From positions 24,304,001 to 24,368,000 of the forward strand of contig OZ024756.1 of the NCBI GenBank assembly GCA_964016885.1: DNA of 64,000 nucleotides. Reading direction: 5' to 3'. Source of the DNA: Eledone cirrhosa. Taxonomy: Eukaryota. How positions within the stretch are numbered: position 1 is the first letter of the stretch; each line of letters starts with the position of its first letter. The notes beneath the pieces are model-generated. The model saw only the letters and a program-made list of their open reading frames with translations, made no database searches and was not told the DNA's origin. Of the stretch, positions 44,300 to 55,838 are shown piece by piece. Made by a program: the position numbers and the translations under genes.

Positions 44300-45450
44300 A
44301 TATATATATATATTATATATATATATATATTATATATATATTATATATATTATATATATATTATATATATATATAATATATTATATATATTATATATATT
44401 ATATATATATTATATATATTATATATATATTATATATATTATTTATATATTATATATATTATATATATTATATATATTATATATATATTATATATATATT
44501 ATATATATTATATATATTATATATATTATATATATTATATATATATTATATATATTATATATTATATTATATATATTATATATATATTATATATATTATA
44601 TATATATTATATATTTATATATATTATATATATTTATATATATTATATATATTTATATATATTATATATATATTATATATTTATATATATTATATATATA
44701 TTATATATATTTTATATATTATATATATTATATATATTATATATATTATATATATTATATATATATTATATATATTATATATATATTATTTATATTATAT
44801 ATATATTATATATATATTATATATATATTATATATATATATATTATATTATATATATATTATATATATATTATATATATATATATTATATATAAATATTA
44901 TATATATAAATATTATATATATAAATATTATATATATATATATTATATATAAATATTATATATATATATATTATATATAAATATTATATATATATATATT
45001 ATATATATATATTATATATATATCATATATATATTATATATATATTATATATATATATTATATATATATATTATATATATATTATATATATATATTATAT
45101 ATATATATTATATATATATTATATATATACATTATATATATTTTATATATATATATCATATATATATTATATAAATATTATATAAATATTATATATATAT
45201 TATATATATTTTATATATATTATATATATTATATATATATATATATATTATATATATTATATATATATTATATATAATATATATATTATATATATATATA
45301 TATAATATATATATTATATATATATATTATATATATTATATATATTATATTATATATATTATATATTATATTATATATATTATATATATTATATTATATA
45401 TATATATTATATATATTATATATATATATTATATTTATATATATATTATA

Positions 45451-46287
45451 TCTATATATATAAACTGTGGTTGTCTGTCTGTCTATCGATTTTTGGCACA
45501 CATCTCCTCTTAGAATCTCTCACGGAATTGCACCGAAATTGCTATACTTGTACATTGAGCCTAGCGAAGACATCGGAAAAAAAATATTTCAATTCACCCA
45601 CCCTATGTGACGAAATCGAATATAATGTATCGATTTTTGAGCGTAAGTTATCAGTTATTTCCCTTTGTTCTGTTTACATTGAGCGTCTTACGTAAAAAAT
45701 TACGCTGGCTTTAACAGTTGTCGAGCCAGCAAAATATTGACCTGCAAAATTCATCAGTTCGAACACTAAGCTTCCGTTTTGCTTCATTTCCATTTAAAAG
45801 CATTTTAAAACAATATTTTTACTTGAAAACAAGTCTATTTAAAGACTACGTAAAACAAGCAAATATTTCGTCGTTAGGCGTGCAGACAGACAGTCGTGCA
45901 GACAGACAGTCGTGCAGAGAGGTGATATAGGCGTGCAGACAGACAGTCGTGCAGAGAGGTGATATAGGCGTGCAGACAGACATAACTGATAATTTGGTTA
46001 CGCTAATGTTTTTCTCTGCGTTGCAGTGTTTACATTTTCGATCTTTGTTAATAAATAACCAGTGCAGTTTCTATCCCCAGCATCCTCTTTTGTTATAACA
46101 TTCGGGTTATCGTTATGTTTTCTTAACTTCATAAGGCATATTGTTGGTTGAGGGAATATTAATCAAAAACACCACATGCAAGTCTGCACAGTAGACACTA
46201 CAGTTTTTAAGCCAAGAAAGAAACTTAAAATTGTAACTTTAACACAGCTACTGAGCGACCCCGAGCAACGCCGGGCTTTACTGCTAG
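45451..46287 (+). mobile_element. Non-autonomous Helitron (~837 bp) inserted in the TA array
   Basis: A|TC 5' end; subterminal hairpin CCCGAGCAACGCCGGG at 46260-46275; CTAG|T 3' end; no TSD; internal GTGCAGACAGACA-based minisatellite at ~45878-45982. Confidence 0.8.
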
Positions 46288-46813
46288 TATATTATATATA
46301 TATATATTATATATATATATTATATTTATATATATATTATATATATTATATATATTATATATATATTATATATATATTATATATATTATATATATATATA
46401 TTATATATATATTATATATATTATATATATATATAATATATATATATTATATATATTATATATATATTATATATATTATATATATATTATATATTATATA
46501 TATTATATATATTATATATATTTTATATATTATATATATTTTATATATATATTATATATATATTATATATATTTTATATATATATTATATATATTATATA
46601 TATATTATATATATATATTATATATATTATATATATATATTATATATATATTATATATATATTATATATATATATTATATATATATTATATATATTATAT
46701 ATATATATTATATATATATTATATATATATATTATATATATATATTATATATATATTATATATATATTATATATATTATATATATATTATATATATATAT
46801 TATATATATATAT

Positions 46814-46847
<34 letters not shown>

Positions 46848-47011
46848 ATTATATATATATATATTATATATATATATTATATATATATTTTATATATATA
46901 TATATATTATATATATATATATTATATATATATATTATATATATATATTATATATATATATATATTATATATATATTATATATATATATTATATATATAT
47001 ATATTATATAT

Positions 47012-47043
<32 letters not shown>

Positions 47044-47911
47044 ATTATATATATATATATATATTATATATATATATATTATATATATATATATTATATA
47101 TATATATATTATATATATATATATATTATATATATTATATATATTATATATATTATATATATATTATATTATATATATTATATATATTATATATATATTA
47201 TATATATAATATATATATATTATATATATATTATATATATTATATATATATTATATATATAATATATATATATTATATACATATTATATATATATATTAT
47301 ATATATATATTATATATATATATATTATATATTATATATATATTATATACATATTATATATATATATATATATTATATATATATATATTATATATATATT
47401 ATATACATATTATATATATATATATATATTATATATATATATTATATACATATTATATATATATATATATATTATATATATATATTATATATTATATATA
47501 TATTATATACATATTATATATATTATATATTATATATTATATATATATATATTATATATTATATATATATTATATACATATTATATATATATATATTATA
47601 TATTATATATATATATATTATATATTATATATATATTATATACATATTATATATATATTATATATATTATATATATATATTATATATATATATATTATAT
47701 ATTATATATATATATATTATATATTATATATATATATATTATATATTATATATATATTATATACATATTATATATATATATATATATTATATATATATAT
47801 TATATATATATATTATATATTATATATATATTATATACATATTATATATATATTATATATATTATATTATATATATTATATATATATATTATATATTATA
47901 TATATATATAT

Positions 47912-47955
<44 letters not shown>

Positions 47956-48120
47956 ATATATTATATATTATATATATATATATTATATATATATATATTA
48001 TATATTATATATTATATATATTATATATATATTATATATATTATATATATATATTATATATATATAATTTCATCTCTACACAAAGGGTTAATAGTTAGAA
48101 ATATTATAATTGTAATACAA

Positions 48121-48528
48121 TCCATGTTGTATAGAATACATCCATGTTGTATAGAATACATCCATGTTGTATAGAATACATCCATGTTGTATAGAATACA
48201 TCCATGTTGTATAGAATACATCCATGTTGTATAGAATACATCCATGTTGTATAGAATACATCCATGTTGTATAGAATACATCCATGTTGTATAGAATACA
48301 TCCATGTTGTATAGAACACATCCATGTTGTATAGAGTACATCCATGTTGTATAGAACGCATCCCTGTTGTATAGGTCGCATCTATGTTTAGTATATGACG
48401 CATCAATGATGTATAGGACGCATCAATGTTCTATAAGTCGCATCAATGTTTAGTATAGGTTGCATCAATATTGTATAGGTCGTATGAATGTTGTATAAGT
48501 CACATGAATGTTGTATAAGTCGCATCAA
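48121..48528. repeat. 20-bp minisatellite (TCCATGTTGTATAGAATACA)n, about 20 units
   Basis: Nine identical units at 48121-48300, then progressively diverging units towards the AFF-like gene. Confidence 0.95.
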
Positions 48529-48540
48529 TTGCAATTAATA

Positions 48541-48575
48541 ATTTTGTTCCTTTCCTTTCTTTACTTTACTTCCAG
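48541..48575 (+). promoter_or_regulatory. 3' splice acceptor of a 5' UTR intron, 21 nt upstream of the AFF-like ATG
   Basis: Long pyrimidine tract TTTTGTTCCTTTCCTTTCTTTACTTTACTTCCAG| ending at 48575. Confidence 0.6.
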
Positions 48576-48596
48576 TGTATATTTTGTTATAACAAT

Positions 48597-51500
48597 ATGG
48601 CAGATGGGGAAGAATCTACGGAGAAACTTCCAGTCTTTACTTCTCCATATCGGATATTTGAGTTGAATGAAGATCCTATAAACCAGAAGTGTAAAAAAAT
48701 TCTCGGAAATTACGAAATGATGCAAACTTTTATTTCTGATTTCATATACATCTCTTCCCAAGAACGTGCTGAGATTCTGCATAATTTTCCTGAACGTCGC
48801 CTCGATGTATCGTACAGAGGCATAGGACCTTTCACCAAAAAATTGCAACCAGATATTAAAGTAACCCCGATGAGATATCAGAAAAAGAAACATTCACTTA
48901 GTTCTGCAAATATGACTTGTAAATCTGCTACAGCTCAAAGAACTCATGATAAAGGACACGGTGTAAATGTAAGCGATAAAAAACATAACCAGACATTAGA
49001 AAATCCACAAACACCCATTCCGTCTTCTGGAAATAATGATCCGACTTCTTCTAATCCTGTAGAGATACATTTAACACCAGATAACCGAGTTAATCAGGTA
49101 AAGACAGAGTTAACCCCAGTTAACCCAGTTAATCCGATAAAACTAGCAAGTTTGTGCTTAGAAACAGCTCCAAAAGATGACCAAAAACCAATACAATCTT
49201 GTCTTTTGCCAAAATCTGGTCAGGCAACGACCCTTCAAGAGAATGGAACCAGTAAAGATATACATCGTAAACCAGAAAAACATCAGATGAGAGATATTCA
49301 AACACTGGATATTGTTAATACTAGGAAGGATCCATTGAAAGAAAGAAATATAGAAGAAATATTTAGGTTTACGATTATAAAATCTGCTCTTGAGCCTCCT
49401 CTCTCTCCAATTTCATCACCATTAAACGAGTTGAAGAACCCTCCCCAGCCGGATCAAAGTTTGTCTTGCATGACGAAAAACAAACCAACAGTATCTATAC
49501 AGACTATATTTTCAGAAGTCCTCACCAGATTGACGCCTCTCAGTCCGATTCAAAGTCCAAAATTAAAGCCTGCTGAGAATAATAATTTAAAAAGAACTGA
49601 TATAAAAAATGTCGAATTTAATGTACTCCGACCTCATGATAATCAATTTAATATAAAACAATCAGTTGAAAATAAGAAAGAATGGGAAGAAAAGCCTATT
49701 TTGGAACCTCAGTATTCAAAGTCCTCCTCTCTTGTAGAACAGACTTCCAGGATATCCAATAATAAAAACATTTCAATTGTTTCTGTCTGCAAGTCACAAA
49801 CTGCACAAATATACGACAGCGATATTCAATATGGAATGGAAGAAAGCAATAAAAAATCGTCTCCTCGCGAAAGGAATTCTTATAGTGTGAAAATGGTGAC
49901 TAAAATGGAGAACCATCTTTCAAGCTTGAATAATATGACAAACTATTCATCATCGAAAGAAGGTAAAGATGTGTCAGAAGATTTCAACTTGGTAAAAAGT
50001 GACAAATCTGCTAGAAATGAAAAAGTTAATGATTTGAGTGGGTTTAAATATAGTTTCACAATGTCTGGAGAACAAAAGTGTTCCATGGCTGTACATCAAC
50101 TTGTGACGAATGTTAAGACTCTTGATGAAAATGAATATTTAAAACAGACAAAATATACTTGTGTAAATGTATCATCACATGATAAGAAGAAGAGTATTAA
50201 AACCATTGACAAGGAAAGTCCTTCGAAAAAACTGAGTTACAAATATCTATATAAAACCGAACACCAATTGTTTTCGCCACAAATATCTTTTTCAAATAGC
50301 TCTGAAATCTCTCCACTTAAAATTGCTTTTCCAGATGAAAAAATATTGAAAGATAAATTTTCAAAAGATGAACCTCTGAGACAAATTGTTAATACACAGG
50401 AATACGTGGAACCCTGTTTCACTGGTTCTCATCAAAATAACTATAAGCCGTATCTCAATATCAAAAAAGATATCGATATATCGGCTGCTCTCGTTGTTTC
50501 TTCTCCTAAATGCAAAGCGAGTTCATTTGATGTCTTCAATCATAAATGTTCGGTTTTGAGACTTCCTATTTATTCTCTAACACAGAAGGAAAAGAAATTG
50601 CTTATCAAAATTCCAATGGGTTTATTGGATAACAAGCTACAAATGAAAATAAAGTCTAAATTTGCCGGGAATTATAAAAGGAGAATACAACATTCACATT
50701 TTAATAGGAAAAGGGGAAATATATGTGTTATGGTGAAAATAAAAACTAGTTTACTTAGTAAAATACCTTATTGCCATATTTATAAAGATTTTAAAGACTC
50801 AAAGGCATATCCATATTCTATGAGGCACAATGGAATTCACAGTGAAGACTTACTCAACAACAGTTCTCGCCTGTTATTATCTGGAATGCCAGAGTCGTAC
50901 GGTTTCAACGATTCTAGTTCTTATAATGCAAAAGCCAAATATCTAAAAAACCAAGCAAAAATAATGAAACCAGCTGCACAAAGGTTTCTGAATTTGATGT
51001 CTGCTATGTGGTACATTATGTGTGGCCATAGAATGGAAGAGGAACAGCTATCCCATAATACTGTAATAACATTTTTTCAGAGAACCTTTGAGTTTTTTGA
51101 GAAAATTGGCCATTTTGATGATTCCCGAATGGAAACGCTAAAACTTTTACTCCAAACTGTAACAACTCGAAAGATTTACCTGTTAAGAAACTTTCAAATG
51201 AAACAGATTAGAATTGATTTAACTAAAGAATCTAAGTCAGTTTTTGGTAAACATTTCCCATCGCAGCAATTCCACAGTTATGTTCAGTCACATTCCAATG
51301 TAGCAAAGAATGAAAATTGTCCTTCTGTCAATGTTTCTAAAAAATGGCTTACTTTGAATAATGATTATATTGAAATAATGGAATTTCTTGTAAAAAGTAA
51401 CCAGTTTTGGTTGGAATCGCAATATATGATGCATGAAAATAAAGATTTCTTTTCTCTGTTTGAAAATAAATGCCAAACCCTTTCTTTAAATGGACATATT

Positions 51501-51611
51501 CCATTTGTGGTGAATTTTGTCAAAGATTGCTTGGAATTACTTCAACCAAAAGAATTGAAGATTTACACAGAATTCCAAAAACATATTAAATTTGAAAACT
51601 GTTTCATCTAG
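48597..51611 (+). CDS. AF4/FMR2 (AFF/lilliputian)-family protein, divergent, CDS in a single exon (probable retrogene)
   Basis: N-terminal PVFTSPYRI..EDPINQKCKKILGNYEMMQTFI resembles the AFF cyclin T1-binding segment (PLFAEPYK..DxLSSRIQxMLGNYDEMKDFI). IEEIF..PPLSPISSP resembles the ELL-binding segment. VMVKIKTSLLSKIP resembles the AF9/ENL-binding LxVKIxLxLLSRIP. YNAKAKYLKNQA..SAMWYIMCGHRME resembles the start of the C-terminal homology domain (YMQEAKRLKHKAD..AVxSFIECGNALE). The frame is an intact 1004-aa ORF. Confidence 0.85.
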   Translation: MADGEESTEKLPVFTSPYRIFELNEDPINQKCKKILGNYEMMQTFISDFIYISSQERAEILHNFPERRLDVSYRGIGPFTKKLQPDIKVTPMRYQKKKHSLSSANMTCKSATAQRTHDKGHGVNVSDKKHNQTLENPQTPIPSSGNNDPTSSNPVEIHLTPDNRVNQVKTELTPVNPVNPIKLASLCLETAPKDDQKPIQSCLLPKSGQATTLQENGTSKDIHRKPEKHQMRDIQTLDIVNTRKDPLKERNIEEIFRFTIIKSALEPPLSPISSPLNELKNPPQPDQSLSCMTKNKPTVSIQTIFSEVLTRLTPLSPIQSPKLKPAENNNLKRTDIKNVEFNVLRPHDNQFNIKQSVENKKEWEEKPILEPQYSKSSSLVEQTSRISNNKNISIVSVCKSQTAQIYDSDIQYGMEESNKKSSPRERNSYSVKMVTKMENHLSSLNNMTNYSSSKEGKDVSEDFNLVKSDKSARNEKVNDLSGFKYSFTMSGEQKCSMAVHQLVTNVKTLDENEYLKQTKYTCVNVSSHDKKKSIKTIDKESPSKKLSYKYLYKTEHQLFSPQISFSNSSEISPLKIAFPDEKILKDKFSKDEPLRQIVNTQEYVEPCFTGSHQNNYKPYLNIKKDIDISAALVVSSPKCKASSFDVFNHKCSVLRLPIYSLTQKEKKLLIKIPMGLLDNKLQMKIKSKFAGNYKRRIQHSHFNRKRGNICVMVKIKTSLLSKIPYCHIYKDFKDSKAYPYSMRHNGIHSEDLLNNSSRLLLSGMPESYGFNDSSSYNAKAKYLKNQAKIMKPAAQRFLNLMSAMWYIMCGHRMEEEQLSHNTVITFFQRTFEFFEKIGHFDDSRMETLKLLLQTVTTRKIYLLRNFQMKQIRIDLTKESKSVFGKHFPSQQFHSYVQSHSNVAKNENCPSVNVSKKWLTLNNDYIEIMEFLVKSNQFWLESQYMMHENKDFFSLFENKCQTLSLNGHIPFVVNFVKDCLELLQPKELKIYTEFQKHIKFENCFI

Positions 51612-52314
51612 TGGTCGTAGTCCCTTGAGAGACTCAACTGTGTAGCTAGAATTTATGTCACACAGACTAAAAATGCTCTCCCTTCCAAAATTATAGTGCC
51701 GTTCAGAACAGAGCACACCCAATGAGCCTTCTCCTTTTCCCTGTTTCATTGCGGTACCTTTATTTTATTTCTACTAATTATAAAAAGAATTGCCGACCTT
51801 GTGTCCAAATAAGAATTCATTGATTTGGAACTCATGAAATTCTATACTATCTAAAAGACATTCGACTAGATAGAACGTAGTTTTGCTCTTTAAAAATTAA
51901 TAAGTATTTATTTAATATATTATAATATATTATAATACATTAAGCAATATATTATATAATATATTACTCAAATATAATTATTATAACGAAATACATTCAA
52001 GAATTACATGAAAGGGATTTTTTCCAAATCAGCATAAGAGGAATTTGACTAAAATATCCCCCCACTTTAAGATAGAAATATTATGGTTCATAGCAAAACA
52101 TTTTCTTTTTTGTTTTATATTCTTTTTTAAATATTTATTTATTTACATTTTTTCAAATACAGGGAAAATATCTTGAATTTTTGTGATAACACACACACTT
52201 ACACACACACATACATACACACACATCCATATATATTAACACACATACACACACTGACCCATCCACCCATATACATATATATATTTATATATATATATAT
52301 ATATATATATAGTA

Positions 52315-52490
52315 GTAGTAGTAGTTCCACAACAGTTAGTTCACCATACCGAGAACAAATGTTTCACCTTATTCGGATCATCAGTTCTCGGTATGGTGTA
52401 CTAACTGTTGTGGAACTACTTCTACCAAACTAATCCCATGGACTGAGTTCTCTACTATTATGGATATAACCCTCCAGTGTTCTACTATTA
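52315..52490. mobile_element. Second family B Penelope-like remnant (inverted arms, minus-strand hammerhead-like motif at 52349-52391)
   Basis: Shares AACAGTTAGTTCAC..ACCGAGAACA..TGTTTCACCTTAT and the TCCCATGGACTGAGT tail with the 13.5-kb copy; flanked by (TA)n. Confidence 0.6.
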
Positions 52491-52501
52491 TATATATATT
52501 T

Positions 52502-52866
52502 CTAGGGCGGGTAAAATTCCTGAGATCTATGGACGAGTTCTCTCCAGCGGTCTCTGTCCCTCATTATCGCTGCCATCTCCTGCGTCTCCAACAGACCAGT
52601 GTCTGTCCTTAGGGTATCAACATACGTTAACCTTGGTCTTCCTCTTCCAGTGTGTCCATGTAGGAGCTCCCACAGGAGCACTGAGTGCAATGTCAACTCT
52701 GGATATCGGTGAGCATGTCCAGCTAACCTCAGTCTCCTTTGTGTCACTTTTGAGCTGACTTTTGGGAGGCTCCCATACAGCTCTGAGTTTTTCATCCTCA
52801 GTGTATACTGATTAATGTTCAGAGCCAACCTCAGCATTTTCGTGTAGCATCCATCCACCATCTGAG
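52502..52866 (-). mobile_element. RTE/RTEX-like LINE 3' fragment (second family), embedded in (TA)n
   Basis: DGCYTKMLRLALNI..LYGSLPKVS..QRRLRLAGHAHR..VLLWE..GRGRPRLTYVDTLRTDTG..MRDRDRWR. Confidence 0.85.
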
Positions 52867-52867
52867 G

Positions 52868-52906
<39 letters not shown>

Positions 52907-52964
52907 TAGAAGTATGAGTAGAAAGCGGTGAGTAGAGTTAAAAAATTGAAAGTTACAGCAAAGT

Positions 52965-53005
<41 letters not shown>

Positions 53006-53110
53006 TATATATATGTGTGTGTGTGTACGTAAAAGGTAAACAGAAATAACAACACAATCGGTACAGTATATGGAAGGGATATATTAGGTTAACGCTTGAT
53101 ATAGCAGGAA

Positions 53111-53155
53111 GAGAGTCTTAACGTTTCGGACGCTAATCCTTCATCAGAACAAAGA
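53111..53155 (-). ncRNA. Minimal Penelope-type hammerhead-like motif (further family)
   Basis: The minus strand reads CTGATGA-A-GGA-TTAGCG-TCC-GAAACGTTAA with a palindromic AACGTT stem III. Stem I is poor. Confidence 0.4.
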
Positions 53156-53251
53156 ATGAGAAATAAGATAGATTGAGGGGACGGGCGGGTTGGAATTGGA
53201 AAAAATGTCTTTAGATAAAAATAACAGGTCCATTCATGTTAACATATCTTG

Positions 53252-53323
<72 letters not shown>

Positions 53324-53535
53324 TAGAAAAGTGGCAGTGACTTCGAAGTTTTAGCTTAATCACTTCATTTGGATGCGTCCTGTGAAGGTCGTAAATGTCT
53401 TATAAGCCTTTCATGTAGGTCGAATGAAATAACTAAGCTGGAAATTCGAAGTCACTTCAACTTTTCTATTTAGAGATAGAGACTACATTTCTACACTCTA
53501 CCCACCAGTATTGAGTACTCATTGACTTTTCTGAT

Positions 53536-53597
53536 GGTTGTGACGTTTTAATGATCAAATGTGTTGCAACACATTTGATCATTAAAACGTCACAACC
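53536..53597. repeat. Perfect 62-bp spacerless palindrome
   Basis: GGTTGTGACGTTTTAATGATCAAATGTGTTG followed immediately by its exact reverse complement. Confidence 0.95.
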
Positions 53598-54240
53598 TTC
53601 ATTAAAAAATAACCACCACCAGATAAGCCATTATCATTTTTCAAATATATTTTACTGTACCAAAGATTTTTTTTTTCATTTCTATGTTCCAAACTGGAAC
53701 TAACCTTTGAAACGGCAGGAGCTCAGCCGTCTGGCCCGGACTCTTTCTAATATATATATATATATATATAAAAGAGAGAGAGAGATGAGATGTCCGTTTT
53801 TCCGTTGTCCTGTGCGGCCCCTGTTTTGAATTCGGGCTTTTTAAAAAACTATATATATATATAACTGATAATAGGTTCTTTTCTGAGAGAGAGAGAGAGA
53901 GAGAGAACTCAATACCTAAGCAGAGTATGTTTTTTTTTATTATTATTGGAGGTATAGGAGGTACATGCTCTCGGATTCATCTCCACAAATAGTCCGATGA
54001 ATCTCCGCTGAGATGATATTGATCAGGAACTTTAAAACACGGTATTTTCTATATCCCCCTCTCTCTTTCTGCAGATTGACAGTGTCGGTAGAGCGTCAAA
54101 CAACATGCTTTGCGGCATAGTTACGCCCCTTTACGTTCTGAATTCAAATCTGGCCGAGGTTAGCTTTGCCTTTCATTCTTACAGAAGTCAATAGAATAAA
54201 GAGTACCAGAAACGCACTAGTCGATTTAATCCCCCCTATC

Positions 54241-54278
<38 letters not shown>

Positions 54279-55597
54279 TGTGTGTATGTGTGTGTATTAT
54301 ACTATGAAAGATACTTCCTCTCTCTGGAAGAAATCGGCTGTTCTTCACTGGAGAGGAACAGGCTCCGACTGGTTTTAAATAGTCAAGAAAGACCCCGTGT
54401 CATGACAGCGTCCCTACGACACGTCATGTTGTTAAACCATGAATTGCCAAAGCTAAGATCAACGTGTAGTATCTGTTATTATTAGCTTAATATCTATATG
54501 TATGGTCCCGTAACTCCTGGGGAAGTCGTAGGGGCGCTGCATTTACATACGGCATTTTAAGCCTGGCAGAGCCAATTTCTTCTCCAGGTCTGAACACAGT
54601 AGGTTTCTTCCAGAGAAGAATAACGAGAGTGAGAGAATGGAAGTAAGAAAAAGATATAGAGGAATAATCGACGTCGTTACTAGACTCGTAGATTTTTTTT
54701 TATCGACCTCGAATGGTTGAAAGGCAATGTTGACCTTGGTGGGATTTGAACACAGAAAGCAGAGAGCCGAAACGAATACCACAAAGCATTCCATCCGATG
54801 TTCTAACAACTTTTCTGCTTCCATTTAATATTCGATATGTTCCTAATATAAGAACTCTGATAGTAAACTGATTTTTATTTAACGGCGAAGACGATGGAGC
54901 TTGTTCAAATTTTGCCACGGGTTGACCTGGTATTATATAGTACGTAAATTGGTTCGAAGCAATAATGGCCAAAGGGAAACTAATCCTACTAGTATTTTTC
55001 TCAACATGAGTTATCTTCCTTTAAAGTTTAAAATTTCGTGTATAATTATTTCAGACGTTATTGCTTTTTTTAATTCAATAAATATTTTGAGGATAAATAA
55101 TAATGAAATTATTGTGTAAAGTGCTCAGGTGCACTACAACTCGTCAATATAGTACATAGAATAATACACAAATGTCAGGGAAGTACATGTGTGTATGTGT
55201 TAGCTGTTCTGTTGGCGGATCTCGGGAAGCATGGAGGCCTTAAGTGGATTAGCAGAATTGATAAACTGTCGAATAAAATACAACTGCGGTATTTGTTCTG
55301 GTTCTTTACGTTCTGAGTTCAAATCCTTCCGAATTCAACTTTGCCTTTCATTCTTCCTGGGGTTGATAAAATAAAGGACCTGTCAAGTACTGGGTCAATT
55401 CTTCCTCTATATCTCTTTCTCATTTCCTCTCTCTCTCTCTCTCAATCTTCTCTTGAAGAAATCTGCTGTATTCAGACCCAAGAATCGTTGTATGCCATTA
55501 CAACTCCTTCAGGAGTTACGGATCCCTGATTTCCATTCATATATTAGCAGTGTCATTAGGTCAAATTAGATACCTGGTGGTATTTGTTTGGTTCAGT

Positions 55598-55679
55598 CAG
55601 TGACGTAGCTAGAGTGTGTGCCGTCCAGGACAACCCTTCAGTTTGCCGCCCTCAGGCTCCAAAATAAAATAATATTGTT

Positions 55680-55714
<35 letters not shown>

Positions 55715-55838
55715 AATTTATAAACTAGTCTGTGTACAATTATAATATTATGCTGCAGCATTAAAAGAACACTTATAGCCTACAGCAAACCCAAAAGTGC
55801 CGCTAGGGGTGGACAACCCCCCCTCTAGCTCACTACTG
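55598..55838. mobile_element. Possible hAT-like MITE
   Basis: Imperfect TIRs CAGTGACGTAGCTAGAG / CTCTAGCTCACTACTG; no clear 8-bp TSD. Confidence 0.4.

Noticed and set aside
48054-48406. 20-bp array as a CRISPR or as coding repeats
   Set aside because: It has no spacers, the context is eukaryotic, and all three minus frames are open, so it is a minisatellite.
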